Shown: piece by piece, positions 30,206-40,879 of the stretch
How the letters are laid out: each line of letters starts with the position of its first letter
Numbering within the stretch: the stretch's first letter is position 1
Assembly: GCA_947478395.1 (NCBI GenBank)
Contig: CANJVR010000001.1
Location: 768,001-832,000 of the forward strand
Origin: Opitutia bacterium
Lineage (GTDB): Bacteria > Verrucomicrobiota > Verrucomicrobiia > Opitutales > Opitutaceae
Direction of reading: 5' to 3'
DNA length: 64,000 nucleotides
Translations under genes and position numbers: made by a program
Notes under the pieces: model-generated
Told to the model about the DNA's origin: nothing
What the model saw: only the letters and a program-made list of their open reading frames with translations
The model's database searches: none

Positions 30206-31825
30206 ATGAAAATTCCCCTCGAACGCCGCGCTTTTCTGAAACTCCTCGCCGCCACTCCGCTGCTCGGCAGCGCGGCGTGCTCCACGTTCGGTCCGCGCGC
30301 CGCCGGCGCCGCACCGAACGGTCCGTTTCTCCCCACGCGCGAATCGCTCAACACTTACCAAGTGCCCGACTGGTTTCGCGACGCGAAGTTCGGCATCTGG
30401 AATCACTGGGGTCCGCAGTCCGCCGCCGAGTATGGCGACTGGTATGCGCGCCGGATGTACGTCGAGTCGGAGCCTCAATACAAATACCACGTCCAGAAAT
30501 ACGGCCACCCCTCGAAGTTCGGCTTCAAGGACGTCATCGCGTCGTGGAAGGCCGACCAGTTCGACCCCGATCACTTGATGGGGCTCTACAAAAAAGCCGG
30601 CGCGAAATACTACGTGAGCATGGGCGTCCACCATGACGGCTTCGACTTGTGGAACTCGAAATATCAGCCGCGCTGGAACTCCGTCGCGAGCGGTCCCAAA
30701 AAAGACGTCGTCGGACTTTTCCAAAAAGCCGCCAACCAGCACGGCCTACGCTTCGGCGTGAGCGAGCATCTCTCGAACAGCTACACCTGGTTCGGCACGT
30801 CGCATCTCGCCGACAAGGCCGGTCCGCTCGCCGGCGTGCCCTACGACGGCGCCAATCCGCAGTGGTCCGACCTCTATCACGATTACAGCGACCAGCCCGC
30901 CGATTTCGCGCAAAAGGCCGCAACCGCGCAGATGGCGATGAGCCGTGGCGGACCGGACGCGTGGCGGAAGAACTATTTCGACCGCATCACCGAACTCGTC
31001 ACGAACTACGAGCCCGACCTGCTGTACACCGACGGCGGGATTCCATTCGGCGACGAGGGCCTCGCGCTCGTCGCGCTGCACTACAACACCAACGCCCGTA
31101 AACACGGCGGCAAAGTCGAGGCGATTTACAACAGCAAGAGCCGCCCCGACTCCGCCGCCGGGCTGTGCGTGCTCGACATGGAGCGCGGCGTGATCGAGGG
31201 CATCTGGCCGCGACCGTGGCAGACCGACACGTGCATCGGCAACTGGCACTACGACACCCGCGCGAAGTACAAAACGCCGAAGCGCGTGATCGACCTGCTC
31301 GTCGACATCGTCAGCCGCAACGGCAACCTCCTGCTGAATTTTCCGCTCCCGAATAGCGGCGCGCCCGACGCCGAGGAACTCAAAATCCTCGAGGCCATCA
31401 CCGCGTGGATGGCCGTGAATAGTGAAGCAATTTACGCGACGCGCCCGTGGAAAATCTTTGGCGACGGCCCCGGCTCGCACATCCCGCCGCCCGCGCCCGG
31501 CGTGCGGTTCAACGAAAACAGCCGCAAAGATTTCACCGCCGAAGAAGTTCGCTTCACCACCAAGGGCTCCACGCTCTACGCGTTTGTCATGGGCTGGCCT
31601 GCCCAGGATTCGTCGAACGGGCCGCAAAAGGAATTCGTCGTCGCCCCGCTCGCCACGACGAACGCGAACGTCGTCGGCAAAATCGAAAACGTTTCGCTGC
31701 TCGGCTACGGCGGAAAGCTCACGTGGAAACACGACGAGCGCGGTCTCGTCGTGCAACTCCCACCGGCGCCGCCGTGCGACCATGCCTTCACGCTGAAGAT
31801 CGCCGGCCTGGCCACCGTCGGCTGA
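30206..31825 (+). CDS. Alpha-L-fucosidase (GH29) with Tat signal
   Basis: ERRAFLK twin-arginine motif; WFRDAKFGIWNHWG, HHDGF, LYTDG, VSRNGNLLLN. Confidence 0.93.
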   Translation: MKIPLERRAFLKLLAATPLLGSAACSTFGPRAAGAAPNGPFLPTRESLNTYQVPDWFRDAKFGIWNHWGPQSAAEYGDWYARRMYVESEPQYKYHVQKYGHPSKFGFKDVIASWKADQFDPDHLMGLYKKAGAKYYVSMGVHHDGFDLWNSKYQPRWNSVASGPKKDVVGLFQKAANQHGLRFGVSEHLSNSYTWFGTSHLADKAGPLAGVPYDGANPQWSDLYHDYSDQPADFAQKAATAQMAMSRGGPDAWRKNYFDRITELVTNYEPDLLYTDGGIPFGDEGLALVALHYNTNARKHGGKVEAIYNSKSRPDSAAGLCVLDMERGVIEGIWPRPWQTDTCIGNWHYDTRAKYKTPKRVIDLLVDIVSRNGNLLLNFPLPNSGAPDAEELKILEAITAWMAVNSEAIYATRPWKIFGDGPGSHIPPPAPGVRFNENSRKDFTAEEVRFTTKGSTLYAFVMGWPAQDSSNGPQKEFVVAPLATTNANVVGKIENVSLLGYGGKLTWKHDERGLVVQLPPAPPCDHAFTLKIAGLATVG

Positions 31826-32060
31826 AACAGACCGGGCGCGATTTTTATCGCGGGGTGGCGACGGCATCGCAGGACGAACCAGGACTGTCGGTCCGTTTGC
31901 GGATCGGCCGCCGATCCCCTATGCAGTCACGTTGACAATTCAGCGTGGGCCACTGGCGTGAAGCCCGAACGTCGAGCACGCCGACCCCAAATCACCCCAA
32001 AGAGTATGACGCGACGCGACCGACGCCGACTCGCAGGAAACTTCTACTGAGCAAAAAACC

Positions 32061-33578
32061 ATGAATACTCCGCTTGGAAAACTTCTCTCGAGCTTCGCCC
32101 GCGTCTTCGCGCTGCTTCCACTCGCCGCAACGGCCTTAGCGCAAACGACCGCACCCGCTCCGGCTCCCGCGTCCTCCGCGCCCAAGCCACCCCCGGTGGG
32201 CGCGTTCAGCAATGCCAGTCCGATTCTTTTCCGCGAGGGCGGCGCCGGATTGCCGCCGTATCCCGTGGTCGTCCGCGACGAGACACCGCCGGCGAAGGCG
32301 GCGCGGATGAAATGGTTTCACGATGCGCGCTTCGGCATTTTTATTCATTGGGGCGTCTACGCGGTGCCGGCGAAGGGCGAATGGTACATGAGCAACGCCA
32401 AGGTGCCGCAGGCGACCTACCGCGCGTTTGCCAAAGATTTCACGGCCGCGAAATACGATCCGACGGCGTGGGCCGCGCTCATCGAGGAAGCGGGGGCAAA
32501 ATACATGGTCATCACCGCCAAGCACCATGACGGCTTCACGCTTTATGATTCCAAGTTTTCGGATTGGAACGCCGTGAAGACCTCCGCTGCCCATCGCGAT
32601 TTGTTGCAACCGCTCGCCGACGCGGTCCGCGCGCGCGGGATCAAGTTCGGCCTTTATTATTCGCAATCGCAGGACTGGAACAATCCGGGCGGCGGCACCG
32701 GCAACCGTCCAGCGTGGGACGAAGCGCAGAAGCAGGGCTCCTTCGACGACTACATCACCAAGATCGCCGTGCCGCAGGTGCGGGAAATTCTCGAAAAATA
32801 TCATCCTGCGTACCTCTTCTGGGACACCGAGTATTCGATGTCACCGGAGCGCGCCCGGCCGTTCTTCGACCTGATGAGCGAGTATCCCGAACTCATCGGC
32901 AACAACCGTCTCGGTGGCGGCGTGCTCGGTGACACGGGCACGCCCGAACAACGCATCGCGACCGATGCCCTCGGCCGCCAGTTCGAGGTCTGCATGACCA
33001 TCAACCGCGCGTGGGGCTATAACGCGACCGACCTCGCGTGGAAGTCCTCGCAGCAACTCATCCGCAATCTCTCCGATATCACGAGCAAGGGTGGAAATTA
33101 TCTCCTGAATGTCGGTCCCGATGCCGAAGGAATAATTCCCGAACCCGAGGTCGAACGGCTGAAAGCGATGGGCCGCTGGCTGCATACAAACGGCGACGCG
33201 ATCTATGGCACCGAGGCCGGCCCGTACGCGAAATCTCCCGAGTGGGGCCGTGTGACGCAGCGTTTTAAACCGAACGGCGGCTCGACGGTGTATGTCCATG
33301 TCTGGAACTGGCCGGCCAATGGAAAAATCGTCCTCAGCGGCGTGCCAGTTGCCGCGCTGTCAGGCAAACTCCTCGCAAACGGCGTGGCCGTCTCCACTTC
33401 AGTTTCACCGGCCGGTCTGATCGTGACCCTGCCCGGCTCCGCTCCGGATCAGGATGTTTCCGTCGCCGCGCTCGAATTTTCCGCCCCGATTCAGGTCATC
33501 GAAACCGTGGCTCGCACCGCCGACTCCAGCTCGAGCGGAACGCCGCTCGATCCCAGCGGCGGAACTCCGCAAAAATAA
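32061..33578 (+). CDS. Alpha-L-fucosidase (GH29), secreted
   Basis: WFHDARFGIFIHWGVY, AKHHDGF, LFWDT, SKGGNYLLNVGP. Confidence 0.93.
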   Translation: MNTPLGKLLSSFARVFALLPLAATALAQTTAPAPAPASSAPKPPPVGAFSNASPILFREGGAGLPPYPVVVRDETPPAKAARMKWFHDARFGIFIHWGVYAVPAKGEWYMSNAKVPQATYRAFAKDFTAAKYDPTAWAALIEEAGAKYMVITAKHHDGFTLYDSKFSDWNAVKTSAAHRDLLQPLADAVRARGIKFGLYYSQSQDWNNPGGGTGNRPAWDEAQKQGSFDDYITKIAVPQVREILEKYHPAYLFWDTEYSMSPERARPFFDLMSEYPELIGNNRLGGGVLGDTGTPEQRIATDALGRQFEVCMTINRAWGYNATDLAWKSSQQLIRNLSDITSKGGNYLLNVGPDAEGIIPEPEVERLKAMGRWLHTNGDAIYGTEAGPYAKSPEWGRVTQRFKPNGGSTVYVHVWNWPANGKIVLSGVPVAALSGKLLANGVAVSTSVSPAGLIVTLPGSAPDQDVSVAALEFSAPIQVIETVARTADSSSSGTPLDPSGGTPQK

Positions 33579-33699
33579 AGCGGCCTGAGTCAGGCCACGC
33601 CTACTTCGGCCCGGGCCGGCCGCCCCCCGGCCCCGCCGGATTTTTGCCCGCAGAGTTGCCAATCGACTCCCCGCGCACGACAATCCGCGCTCTTCGTCC

Positions 33700-34155
33700 A
33701 TGTCCGCCGATCTCTCCGAGCTTTATCAACAGGTCATCCTCGATCACAACCGCCGCCCGCGGAATCGCGGTAAACTTCCGACCGCCAATCGCGTCGCCCA
33801 CGGCGACAACCCGACCTGCGGCGATCAGTGCAACGTCTACCTGCGCCTCGACGGCGACCGCATTGCGGAAATTTCCTTCGACGGTTCCGGCTGCGCGATC
33901 TCGCAGGCCAGCGCGTCGCTGATGACAACGCAGCTCAAGGGGAAATCGTCCATCGAAGCCGTGAAACTCTACGACGAATTCCATCGCATCGTCACCACCG
34001 GTGAAACCTCCGATGAGATCAGCGACCTCGCCGCCTTTGCGGGTGTCCATACGTTTCCCGCCAGAATCAAATGCGCCACCCTCGGCTGGCACGCCGCACT
34101 CAACGCCCTCAAGGGCAATCCGGTCGACGCCACGACTGAAACGCACAAGGACTAA
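33700..34155 (+). CDS. sufU: SufU Fe-S assembly sulfur-acceptor protein
   Basis: LYQQVILDH, NPTCGD, GCAISQASAS, FPARIKCATLGW. Confidence 0.95.
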   Translation: MSADLSELYQQVILDHNRRPRNRGKLPTANRVAHGDNPTCGDQCNVYLRLDGDRIAEISFDGSGCAISQASASLMTTQLKGKSSIEAVKLYDEFHRIVTTGETSDEISDLAAFAGVHTFPARIKCATLGWHAALNALKGNPVDATTETHKD

Positions 34156-34192
34156 GCTCCACCGCGTCCGCGCTGCCCTCGACCTCGTCCGT

Positions 34193-35458
34193 GTGAACCC
34201 GAAACCCGCCACTCAAAACCTGAAGCTGAACGTCGGCGCCCTTCGCGCGGACTTTCCGATCCTGCAGCAGTCGATCAACGGTCATCCCCTCGTCTACCTC
34301 GACAACGGAGCCACATCGCAAAAGCCGCGGGCGGTGATCGACACGCTCGTCCGCTACTACGAGCGCGATAATTCCAACGTTCACCGCGGACTCCACGCGC
34401 TTTCGATGCGCGCCACGGACAGCTACGAAGGCGCCCGCGTTCGCGTGGCAAAATTCATCAATGCTGCTGATCCCGCGGAGATCATTTTTACTCGGGGCAC
34501 CACGGAAAGCATCAACATCGTCGCGCGCAGCTGGGCCCAGGCTCACCTCAAGCCCGGCGACGTGGTTCTTACCACCGAGATGGAGCATCACTCCAATCTC
34601 GTGCCGTGGCAGCAAGCCGCGCGCGCCACTGGCGCCACGATCCGATATGTTCCCGTCCTCGGCGCCGACGCCGAAGGCGGACTCGATCTCGCCGCGCTCG
34701 ACCAGCTGCTCACGCCGCAAGTGAAGCTCTTCGCGTTCACCCACATTTCCAACACGCTCGGCACCATCAATCCCGCCGCCGAACTCTGCCGGCGCGCGCG
34801 CGCCGTCGGCGCCGTCACCGTGATCGATGCCGCGCAATCCATCGGCCACGCGCCGCTCGATGTGCGCGAGCTTGGCTGCGATTTCCTCGCGTTCTCCGGC
34901 CACAAAATGTGCGGGCCCACCGGCATCGGGGTGCTCTACGGCCGCCACGCCCTCCTCGACCAGCTCGCCCCCGACGAAACGGGGGGAGGCATGGTCGTCA
35001 GCGTGACCTACGACGGCGCCACGTGGAAGCCGACGCCCGAACGCCACGAAGCGGGCACGCCCAACGTCGCCGGCGCCATCGGCCTCGGCGCGGCGTGCGA
35101 TTATCTCGACGCGGTCGGTCGTGACGCCATCGCCACGCACGACCATGAGCTCGCCCAACTCGCGCTGGAAAAACTGCAGGTGCTCCCCGGTATTCGCATC
35201 CTCGGCCCCCGCGCCGGCCAGCCGCGGGCCGGGTTGGTGAGCTTCGCGTTCGCTGACATCCACGCGCACGACATCGTGACGTTTGCCGATGAAGATGGGC
35301 TCGCGCTCCGTGGAGGTCACCACTGCAACCAACCCTTGATGCGCAAACTCGGCCTCACGAGCACGACCCGCGCGAGTTTCTACTTTTACAACACGGAGGA
35401 GGAAATCGATGTCCTCGTCGCGAGCCTGAAGCGCATCCAGAAATTTTTCCTAGGTTAG
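34193..35458 (+). CDS. sufS: Cysteine desulfurase SufS
   Basis: YLDNGATSQKP, EHHSN, FSGHKMCGPTG, RGGHHCNQPL; start uncertain (GTG 34193). Confidence 0.94.
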   Translation: MNPKPATQNLKLNVGALRADFPILQQSINGHPLVYLDNGATSQKPRAVIDTLVRYYERDNSNVHRGLHALSMRATDSYEGARVRVAKFINAADPAEIIFTRGTTESINIVARSWAQAHLKPGDVVLTTEMEHHSNLVPWQQAARATGATIRYVPVLGADAEGGLDLAALDQLLTPQVKLFAFTHISNTLGTINPAAELCRRARAVGAVTVIDAAQSIGHAPLDVRELGCDFLAFSGHKMCGPTGIGVLYGRHALLDQLAPDETGGGMVVSVTYDGATWKPTPERHEAGTPNVAGAIGLGAACDYLDAVGRDAIATHDHELAQLALEKLQVLPGIRILGPRAGQPRAGLVSFAFADIHAHDIVTFADEDGLALRGGHHCNQPLMRKLGLTSTTRASFYFYNTEEEIDVLVASLKRIQKFFLG

Positions 35459-35522
35459 ACGGGGAGCGCAGCCGCCCCCGGCCGCATTCTTGCCGGAGCA
35501 GACGAGGGCGGCCGCACTCCCT

Positions 35523-36821
35523 TCAAACAAAACTCCAGCCCCAGCCGGCCAAGCCGCCAGCGAGTACGATCCAGCCGAGGCCAACTTTCCCCCACTGCAT
35601 CGCCGCAAACGCCGCCACGCTCGCTACCGCCACGAACCAGTCCGGGCCACCGCCAAATCCCGACGGCCACACCGTGTGTCGCGCAAACCATACCGCGAGA
35701 TTCAAGATCACGCCGACCACCGCCGCGGTGACCGCGGCCAGCGCCGCGCTCAGCCGCGGGTTATCACGCAAGCGCTCCACGTAAGGCGCGCCCACCAAGA
35801 CAAAAAGATAGGTGGGCACGAATGTGACCCACGTCGTCATCGCCGCGCCGAACGTCGCGGCGCCGAGCGGTGGCAAGGTCCCCGGCTGCTGCCAGCCCGC
35901 GAGAAACCCGACGAATTGCAGCACCATGATCAGCGGCCCCGGCGTCGTCTCCGCAAACGCCAGGCCGTCGAGCATCTGCGTGGCGCCAACCCAGTGATAA
36001 TTCTCGACCGCCTGCTGTCCGACATACGGCAAAACCGCGTAAGCGCCGCCAAACGTCACGACGGCCGCCTTGCTGAAAAACCAACCGAGTTGGACGTAGA
36101 GACCGTCCCAACCCTGCGTCAATCCCGCGACCAGCACGGGCGCGAACCACAACGCCGCGCCGATCCCCGCAATCCGTGCCGTCCTGCCGAAGGAGGGGTG
36201 CGTTGACCCGAACGCACCGTGCGCCCCGCCCGCTTTCACCTCGCCGCTTCCCTTCCTCCTCGTCGTCGCAAACGCCGCCGGCCAGATCGTTTCGCCGAAA
36301 AATCCAACCGCGAGGGCCACAAACACCACCGCCGGAAACGGCGTCTGCCAAAAAGCCAGGGCCGCGAAAGCCGCCGCCGCGAGACTCCACCCCACGGCGT
36401 TCTGCCGTGCCTTGCGACCGACGCTTAGTACCGCGGCAAACACGATCGCCAGCACGGCCGCTTTTAGTCCGTGAAAAATCGCTTCCACCGCGGGCACCGT
36501 TCCGTAGCTCACATAAATCCAGCTCAACGCCCACAGCGCGATGGCCCCCGGCAGTACGAATAACACGCCCGCGACCAACCCGCCGCGCACGCCATGCAAG
36601 AGCCAGCCGCAATACGTCGCGAGCTGCGTCGCCTCAGGCCCCGGGAGCAGCATGCAGAAATTCAGCGCGTGCAAAAACCTCGCCTCCTCCACCCAACGCC
36701 GCTTCTCCACCAGTTCGCGATGCATCACCGCGATCTGTCCCGCCGGCCCGCCGAAACTGGTGCATCCCAGCTTCAGCCAAAACCGGAAAGCCTCGCGAAA
36801 GGTCGGATGCGGATGGCTCAT
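35523..36821 (-). CDS. chrA: Chromate efflux transporter (CHR family)
   Basis: SFGGPAGQIA, LPGPEATQL, TFGGAYAV, ETTPGP; ATG at 36821. Confidence 0.93.
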   Translation of the reverse strand: MSHPHPTFREAFRFWLKLGCTSFGGPAGQIAVMHRELVEKRRWVEEARFLHALNFCMLLPGPEATQLATYCGWLLHGVRGGLVAGVLFVLPGAIALWALSWIYVSYGTVPAVEAIFHGLKAAVLAIVFAAVLSVGRKARQNAVGWSLAAAAFAALAFWQTPFPAVVFVALAVGFFGETIWPAAFATTRRKGSGEVKAGGAHGAFGSTHPSFGRTARIAGIGAALWFAPVLVAGLTQGWDGLYVQLGWFFSKAAVVTFGGAYAVLPYVGQQAVENYHWVGATQMLDGLAFAETTPGPLIMVLQFVGFLAGWQQPGTLPPLGAATFGAAMTTWVTFVPTYLFVLVGAPYVERLRDNPRLSAALAAVTAAVVGVILNLAVWFARHTVWPSGFGGGPDWFVAVASVAAFAAMQWGKVGLGWIVLAGGLAGWGWSFV

Positions 36822-36995
36822 CGTTCCACGCTCCTGCGACGAGCGAGCCTCGCAATCCAGAAAAACGCGGACACCGCGTGCAACGCATTGCTTTTCACTC
36901 GCCCCGAACCCGTGGGCCGGAGCCACGAGGCCAGCGCCCATTGACAGCTTTCGGTCCATCGGGCCATCGTCGCAGCTGATTTTTCTCTTCTCTTT

Positions 36996-38048
36996 GTGAG
37001 TAAGACTCCCCCGCTCAAGCCCATTGCTCCAATTCGATCCGCGGCGGAGTTCGCCCGGTACGTCGGGCTTGCCCGCACGACGGTGTCGCGCGTGCTCAAC
37101 GGCCAGCCCGGGCTCAAGGCCAAAACCATCGCGCAAGTCCACGCGGCGATGGAAGCGACGGGGTTCACGCCCAATGCCTACGCGCTACACCTCAAGGGCA
37201 AGCGCACCGCCACGATCGGCATCTGCATGGAGGATTTACTCACACCGCCTGCGGTGAAAAAACTGGCGGCCCTGCAGCGCCTCTTGCGCGCCCGCCACTA
37301 TGCTTCGCTGATCGAGGTGCTCGATCCGGGTCACAGCCGCCGCGTCGTCCGACATTTTCTTTCGATGCGGGTCGAGGCCATCGTTTTTATCGGCCATTTC
37401 ATCGAGGAGGAGATCACGCAACGCATCCAGGAACTGACCGCCCACAACCTGCCGCACCTCGTGATCGACCAGCCTAATATTGGCGGCGCCAACACCGTCA
37501 CGCTCGACCGCGCCGCAGGAATGGCCGCCGTGGTCGAACATCTGCTCGCGCTGGGCCACACGCAGTTTGGCTTGCTCGGAATGAGCAGTTCGCTCCGCAC
37601 CGTGCAGGATCGCGTCGAGGGCGTGCGCGATACGCTCCGGGCCCACCGGCTTGATTTCGACCGGTCGACCCACTCGCTCGATCATCTTCATGTGCGCGCC
37701 CGCGACTTTGACTACGGCCGGGCCCTCGCACGGAGTTTTGTCGCGGAGAAAAAATATCCCACGGCCTTCCTGGCGCTAAACGACGAGATCGCGATCGGCG
37801 CGATTCACGGCTTTCAGGATGCCGGCCTCGGGGTGCCGCAGGATGTGTCCGTCACGGGCTTCAACAACCAAGACATCTGCATCATGTCCACGCCGGCACT
37901 GACCAGCGTGGATCAGCAGATCGACGCGACCGCCGAGGCCGCCGCCGAAAGTTTGTTCGCACAAATGAACCCTGCCCATCGGCGCCGGGCTCAGGTCCGC
38001 ACGATCGCACCGCAACTCGTCGTCCGCGGATCAACCGGTCCAGTCTAA
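36996..38048 (+). CDS. LacI family transcriptional regulator
   Basis: HTH GLARTTVSRVLN, NDEIAIG, VPQDVSVTGF, LVVRGST. Confidence 0.92.
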   Translation: MSKTPPLKPIAPIRSAAEFARYVGLARTTVSRVLNGQPGLKAKTIAQVHAAMEATGFTPNAYALHLKGKRTATIGICMEDLLTPPAVKKLAALQRLLRARHYASLIEVLDPGHSRRVVRHFLSMRVEAIVFIGHFIEEEITQRIQELTAHNLPHLVIDQPNIGGANTVTLDRAAGMAAVVEHLLALGHTQFGLLGMSSSLRTVQDRVEGVRDTLRAHRLDFDRSTHSLDHLHVRARDFDYGRALARSFVAEKKYPTAFLALNDEIAIGAIHGFQDAGLGVPQDVSVTGFNNQDICIMSTPALTSVDQQIDATAEAAAESLFAQMNPAHRRRAQVRTIAPQLVVRGSTGPV

Positions 38049-38406
38049 TCTGGCGCGAGAGCGGAACGGCTCCGGGCACTCCCCACGATTTCCTCCTCGT
38101 CAACGACCCGCGCGGCGGATCGTTCATCGGCGAGCTGCCAGCTCAAAACGTCTGCGACCAGCGGGATAACCTTCACGCTAATCAGCCGCACGAACATCCC
38201 GACCAACAGCGGAAGCATCACCACCTCGAACAACCTCGACTCTTTCGTCGCAAACTACGGCGCCGCCACGCGGCCGCGCTCCCACCGGGACTACGCCTTA
38301 GTCGCTCCCTCGACACGACGCCACAATCCGCTTGCCGCCCCGCCGACATGCGCGTGAATCCATCGTTACGTCCACGTCCACGTCCGCCAACCCCACCCTC
38401 CCGCCC

Positions 38407-39447
38407 ATGCCCCGCCCTGTCACCCTCTTCACCGGCCAGTGGGCCGATCTCCCCCTCGAAACGCTCGCACCCCTCGTCAAGAAAATGGGCTACGACGGCG
38501 TGGAGCTCGCCTGCTGGGGCGACCATTTCGACGTCGACCAAGCCGCGAATTCCAAAAAATACGTCCATGACAAATGGGCGCTGCTGAAAGCCCACGGTCT
38601 CACCTGCTACGCGATTTCCAGTCACCTCGTCGGACAGGCCGTGTGCGACCGCATCGACGAACGTCACCAGGCGATCCTGCCCGCCGACGTCTGGGGCGAC
38701 GGCGATCCCGAGGGCGTCCGCAAGCGTGCCGCCCGCAAACTCATCACCGCCGCCCGTGGCGCCCGCGCTTTCTTCGACGCCAAGCCGGGGCGTAAAAACG
38801 GCGACGACTTTCCCGCCGTGGTAAACGGCTTCACCGGCTCCAGCATCTGGCACTCGATCTACGCTTTCCCGCCGACGTCGCAGGCCTACTGGGACGCCGG
38901 CTATGCCGATTTCGCCAAGCGCTTCGGTCCGATCCTCGACGCCTTCGACAAGGTCAACGTGAACTTCGCCCTCGAGGTTCACCCCACCGAGATCGCGTTC
39001 GACATCGCCAGCGCGCAACGCGCCCTCGCCGCCGTCAAGGATCACAAGCGCTTCGGTTTCAACTACGACCCCTCGCACCTCGGTTACCAAGGCGTCGACT
39101 ACGTGAAGTTCATCCGCACCTTCGGCAACCGCATCCATCACGCCCACATGAAGGACGTGTGGTGGGGTCACGGCGACGGCACGGTCGGCACCTTCGGCGG
39201 CCATGTGAGCTTCGGCGATGCCCGACGCGCCTGGGATTTCCGCTCGCTCGGTCACGGCGACATCAATTTCGAGGAGATCATCGTTGCGCTCAACGATGTC
39301 GGCTATCGTGGTCCGCTTTCCGTCGAATGGGAAGACAGCCGCATGGATCGCATTCACGGTGCCGCCGAGGCCGCCGCCTTTCTTCGGAAACTAGATTTCC
39401 CCTCGAGTGCGATCGTCTTCGACGCGCAGTTCGACAAAAAAGGCTAG
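38407..39447 (+). CDS. Sugar phosphate isomerase/epimerase-like TIM barrel protein
   Basis: [39 protein letters not shown]. Confidence 0.9.
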   Translation: MPRPVTLFTGQWADLPLETLAPLVKKMGYDGVELACWGDHFDVDQAANSKKYVHDKWALLKAHGLTCYAISSHLVGQAVCDRIDERHQAILPADVWGDGDPEGVRKRAARKLITAARGARAFFDAKPGRKNGDDFPAVVNGFTGSSIWHSIYAFPPTSQAYWDAGYADFAKRFGPILDAFDKVNVNFALEVHPTEIAFDIASAQRALAAVKDHKRFGFNYDPSHLGYQGVDYVKFIRTFGNRIHHAHMKDVWWGHGDGTVGTFGGHVSFGDARRAWDFRSLGHGDINFEEIIVALNDVGYRGPLSVEWEDSRMDRIHGAAEAAAFLRKLDFPSSAIVFDAQFDKKG

Positions 39448-39479
39448 AGCGGTTTAACCAAAAGCATCGCCGCTCACGA

Positions 39480-39550
39480 CGTTTCGGCAGGCGTCCGTGC
39501 CTGCCGAAACGCATACGCCAAACCCCGCCGGCCGAGACGCCCGCCGCTAC
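39480..39550. repeat. REP-like element (GTAG/CTAC end)
   Basis: 13-bp stem CGTTTCGGCAGGC/GCCTGCCGAAACG followed by CCGGCCGAGACGCCCGCCGCTAC. Confidence 0.55.
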
Positions 39551-39673
39551 CCTCCAAAAAACGGCCACGGAAAAACTTAAACCGCATTAACCCTTCGTTA
39601 CGGGTAGCGACCTTCGGACTCCGAATCATCTTCTACTCACTCCTCGCTACTCACTCCTTGCCCCTTTTTTACC

Positions 39674-40831
39674 ATGAATCGCAAACTTCGCTTTGGGATG
39701 ATCGGCGGCGGTCGCGGCGCCTTTATCGGCGCGGTGCATCGCATCGCCGCGCAAATGGACGGAAAAGCCCAGCTGGTTGCCGGCGCTTTTTCCTCCGATC
39801 CCGATCGCTCGCGGGCGTCCGGCGCCGATCTTTTCCTCGAGCCATCCCGCGTCTACGGCACCTACGCCGAGATGGCGCGAGCCGAAGCGAAACGACCAGA
39901 GGATCAACGTCTCGATTTTGTCGTGATCGTGACGCCCAACCATCAGCACTTCGGACCCGCGAAATGTTTTTTGGAATCGGGTTTCAATGTCATCTGCGAC
40001 AAGCCGGTGACGTTCAATCTGACCGAAGCCCGCGCCCTCGAAAAGATCGTGCGGAAGACCGGCAAAGTTTTCGTGCTGACCCACAATTACACGGGTAACG
40101 CGATGGTGAAGCAGGCGCGCGATCTCGTGCGCACCGGCGTGCTGGGCGAACTGCGTAAAGTCGTCGTCGAATATCCCCAAGGCTGGCTTTCGACCCATTT
40201 GGAAAATTCCGGCCAGAAACAGGCGAGCTGGCGCACCGATCCGAAGCGCAGCGGCGCCGCCGGCTGCATGGGCGATATCGGCACGCACGCGGAAAATCTT
40301 GCGCGTTACGTCACCGGACTTGCGATCGATTCCCTGTGCGCCGACCTCACCACATTCGTGAAGGGCCGACGCCTGGACGACGACGGCAATGTCCTGCTCC
40401 GCTTCAAGGGCGGCGCAAAAGGGGTGCTGCATGCCTCGCAGATTTGCGTCGGCGACGAAAATAACCTGAACCTGCGCGTCTACGGCGAAAAGGCCGCGAT
40501 CGAGTGGCACCAGGAACACCCGAACGAGCTCGTCGTGAAATTCCCCGACCAGCCGCGTCAAATCTGGCGGCGCGGCAACGGCTACAACGGCGCCACGGCC
40601 CAGCGCTTCACCCGGATCCCGGCGGGACATCCCGAGGGTTATCTCGAAGCCTTCGGCAACGTGTATCAGGAAGCCTTCCGCGCCATCGCCGCTGAGGTCG
40701 CGGGCGAACCGCTGCCGAAAGATCTCGATTTTCCCACGATCGCGGACGGCGTGGAAGGCATGGCCTTCATCGCGACCGTCGTGAAATCATCCAAGCTGGG
40801 TGCAAGGTGGGTAAAGTTTCCGAAGGTCTGA
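39674..40831 (+). CDS. Gfo/Idh/MocA family oxidoreductase
   Basis: [33 protein letters not shown]. Confidence 0.92.
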   Translation: MNRKLRFGMIGGGRGAFIGAVHRIAAQMDGKAQLVAGAFSSDPDRSRASGADLFLEPSRVYGTYAEMARAEAKRPEDQRLDFVVIVTPNHQHFGPAKCFLESGFNVICDKPVTFNLTEARALEKIVRKTGKVFVLTHNYTGNAMVKQARDLVRTGVLGELRKVVVEYPQGWLSTHLENSGQKQASWRTDPKRSGAAGCMGDIGTHAENLARYVTGLAIDSLCADLTTFVKGRRLDDDGNVLLRFKGGAKGVLHASQICVGDENNLNLRVYGEKAAIEWHQEHPNELVVKFPDQPRQIWRRGNGYNGATAQRFTRIPAGHPEGYLEAFGNVYQEAFRAIAAEVAGEPLPKDLDFPTIADGVEGMAFIATVVKSSKLGARWVKFPKV

Positions 40832-40879
40832 TTGCCCCGACATGGCGAGCCGTCGAAGGCGACGCGCCATGACCAGGCC

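Noticed and set aside
27440..33700. Classical tRNA-integrated island with attR
   Set aside because: No second copy of the tRNA 3' end and no integrase found
38045..38233. 62-aa minus-strand ORF
   Set aside because: No motif or independent support
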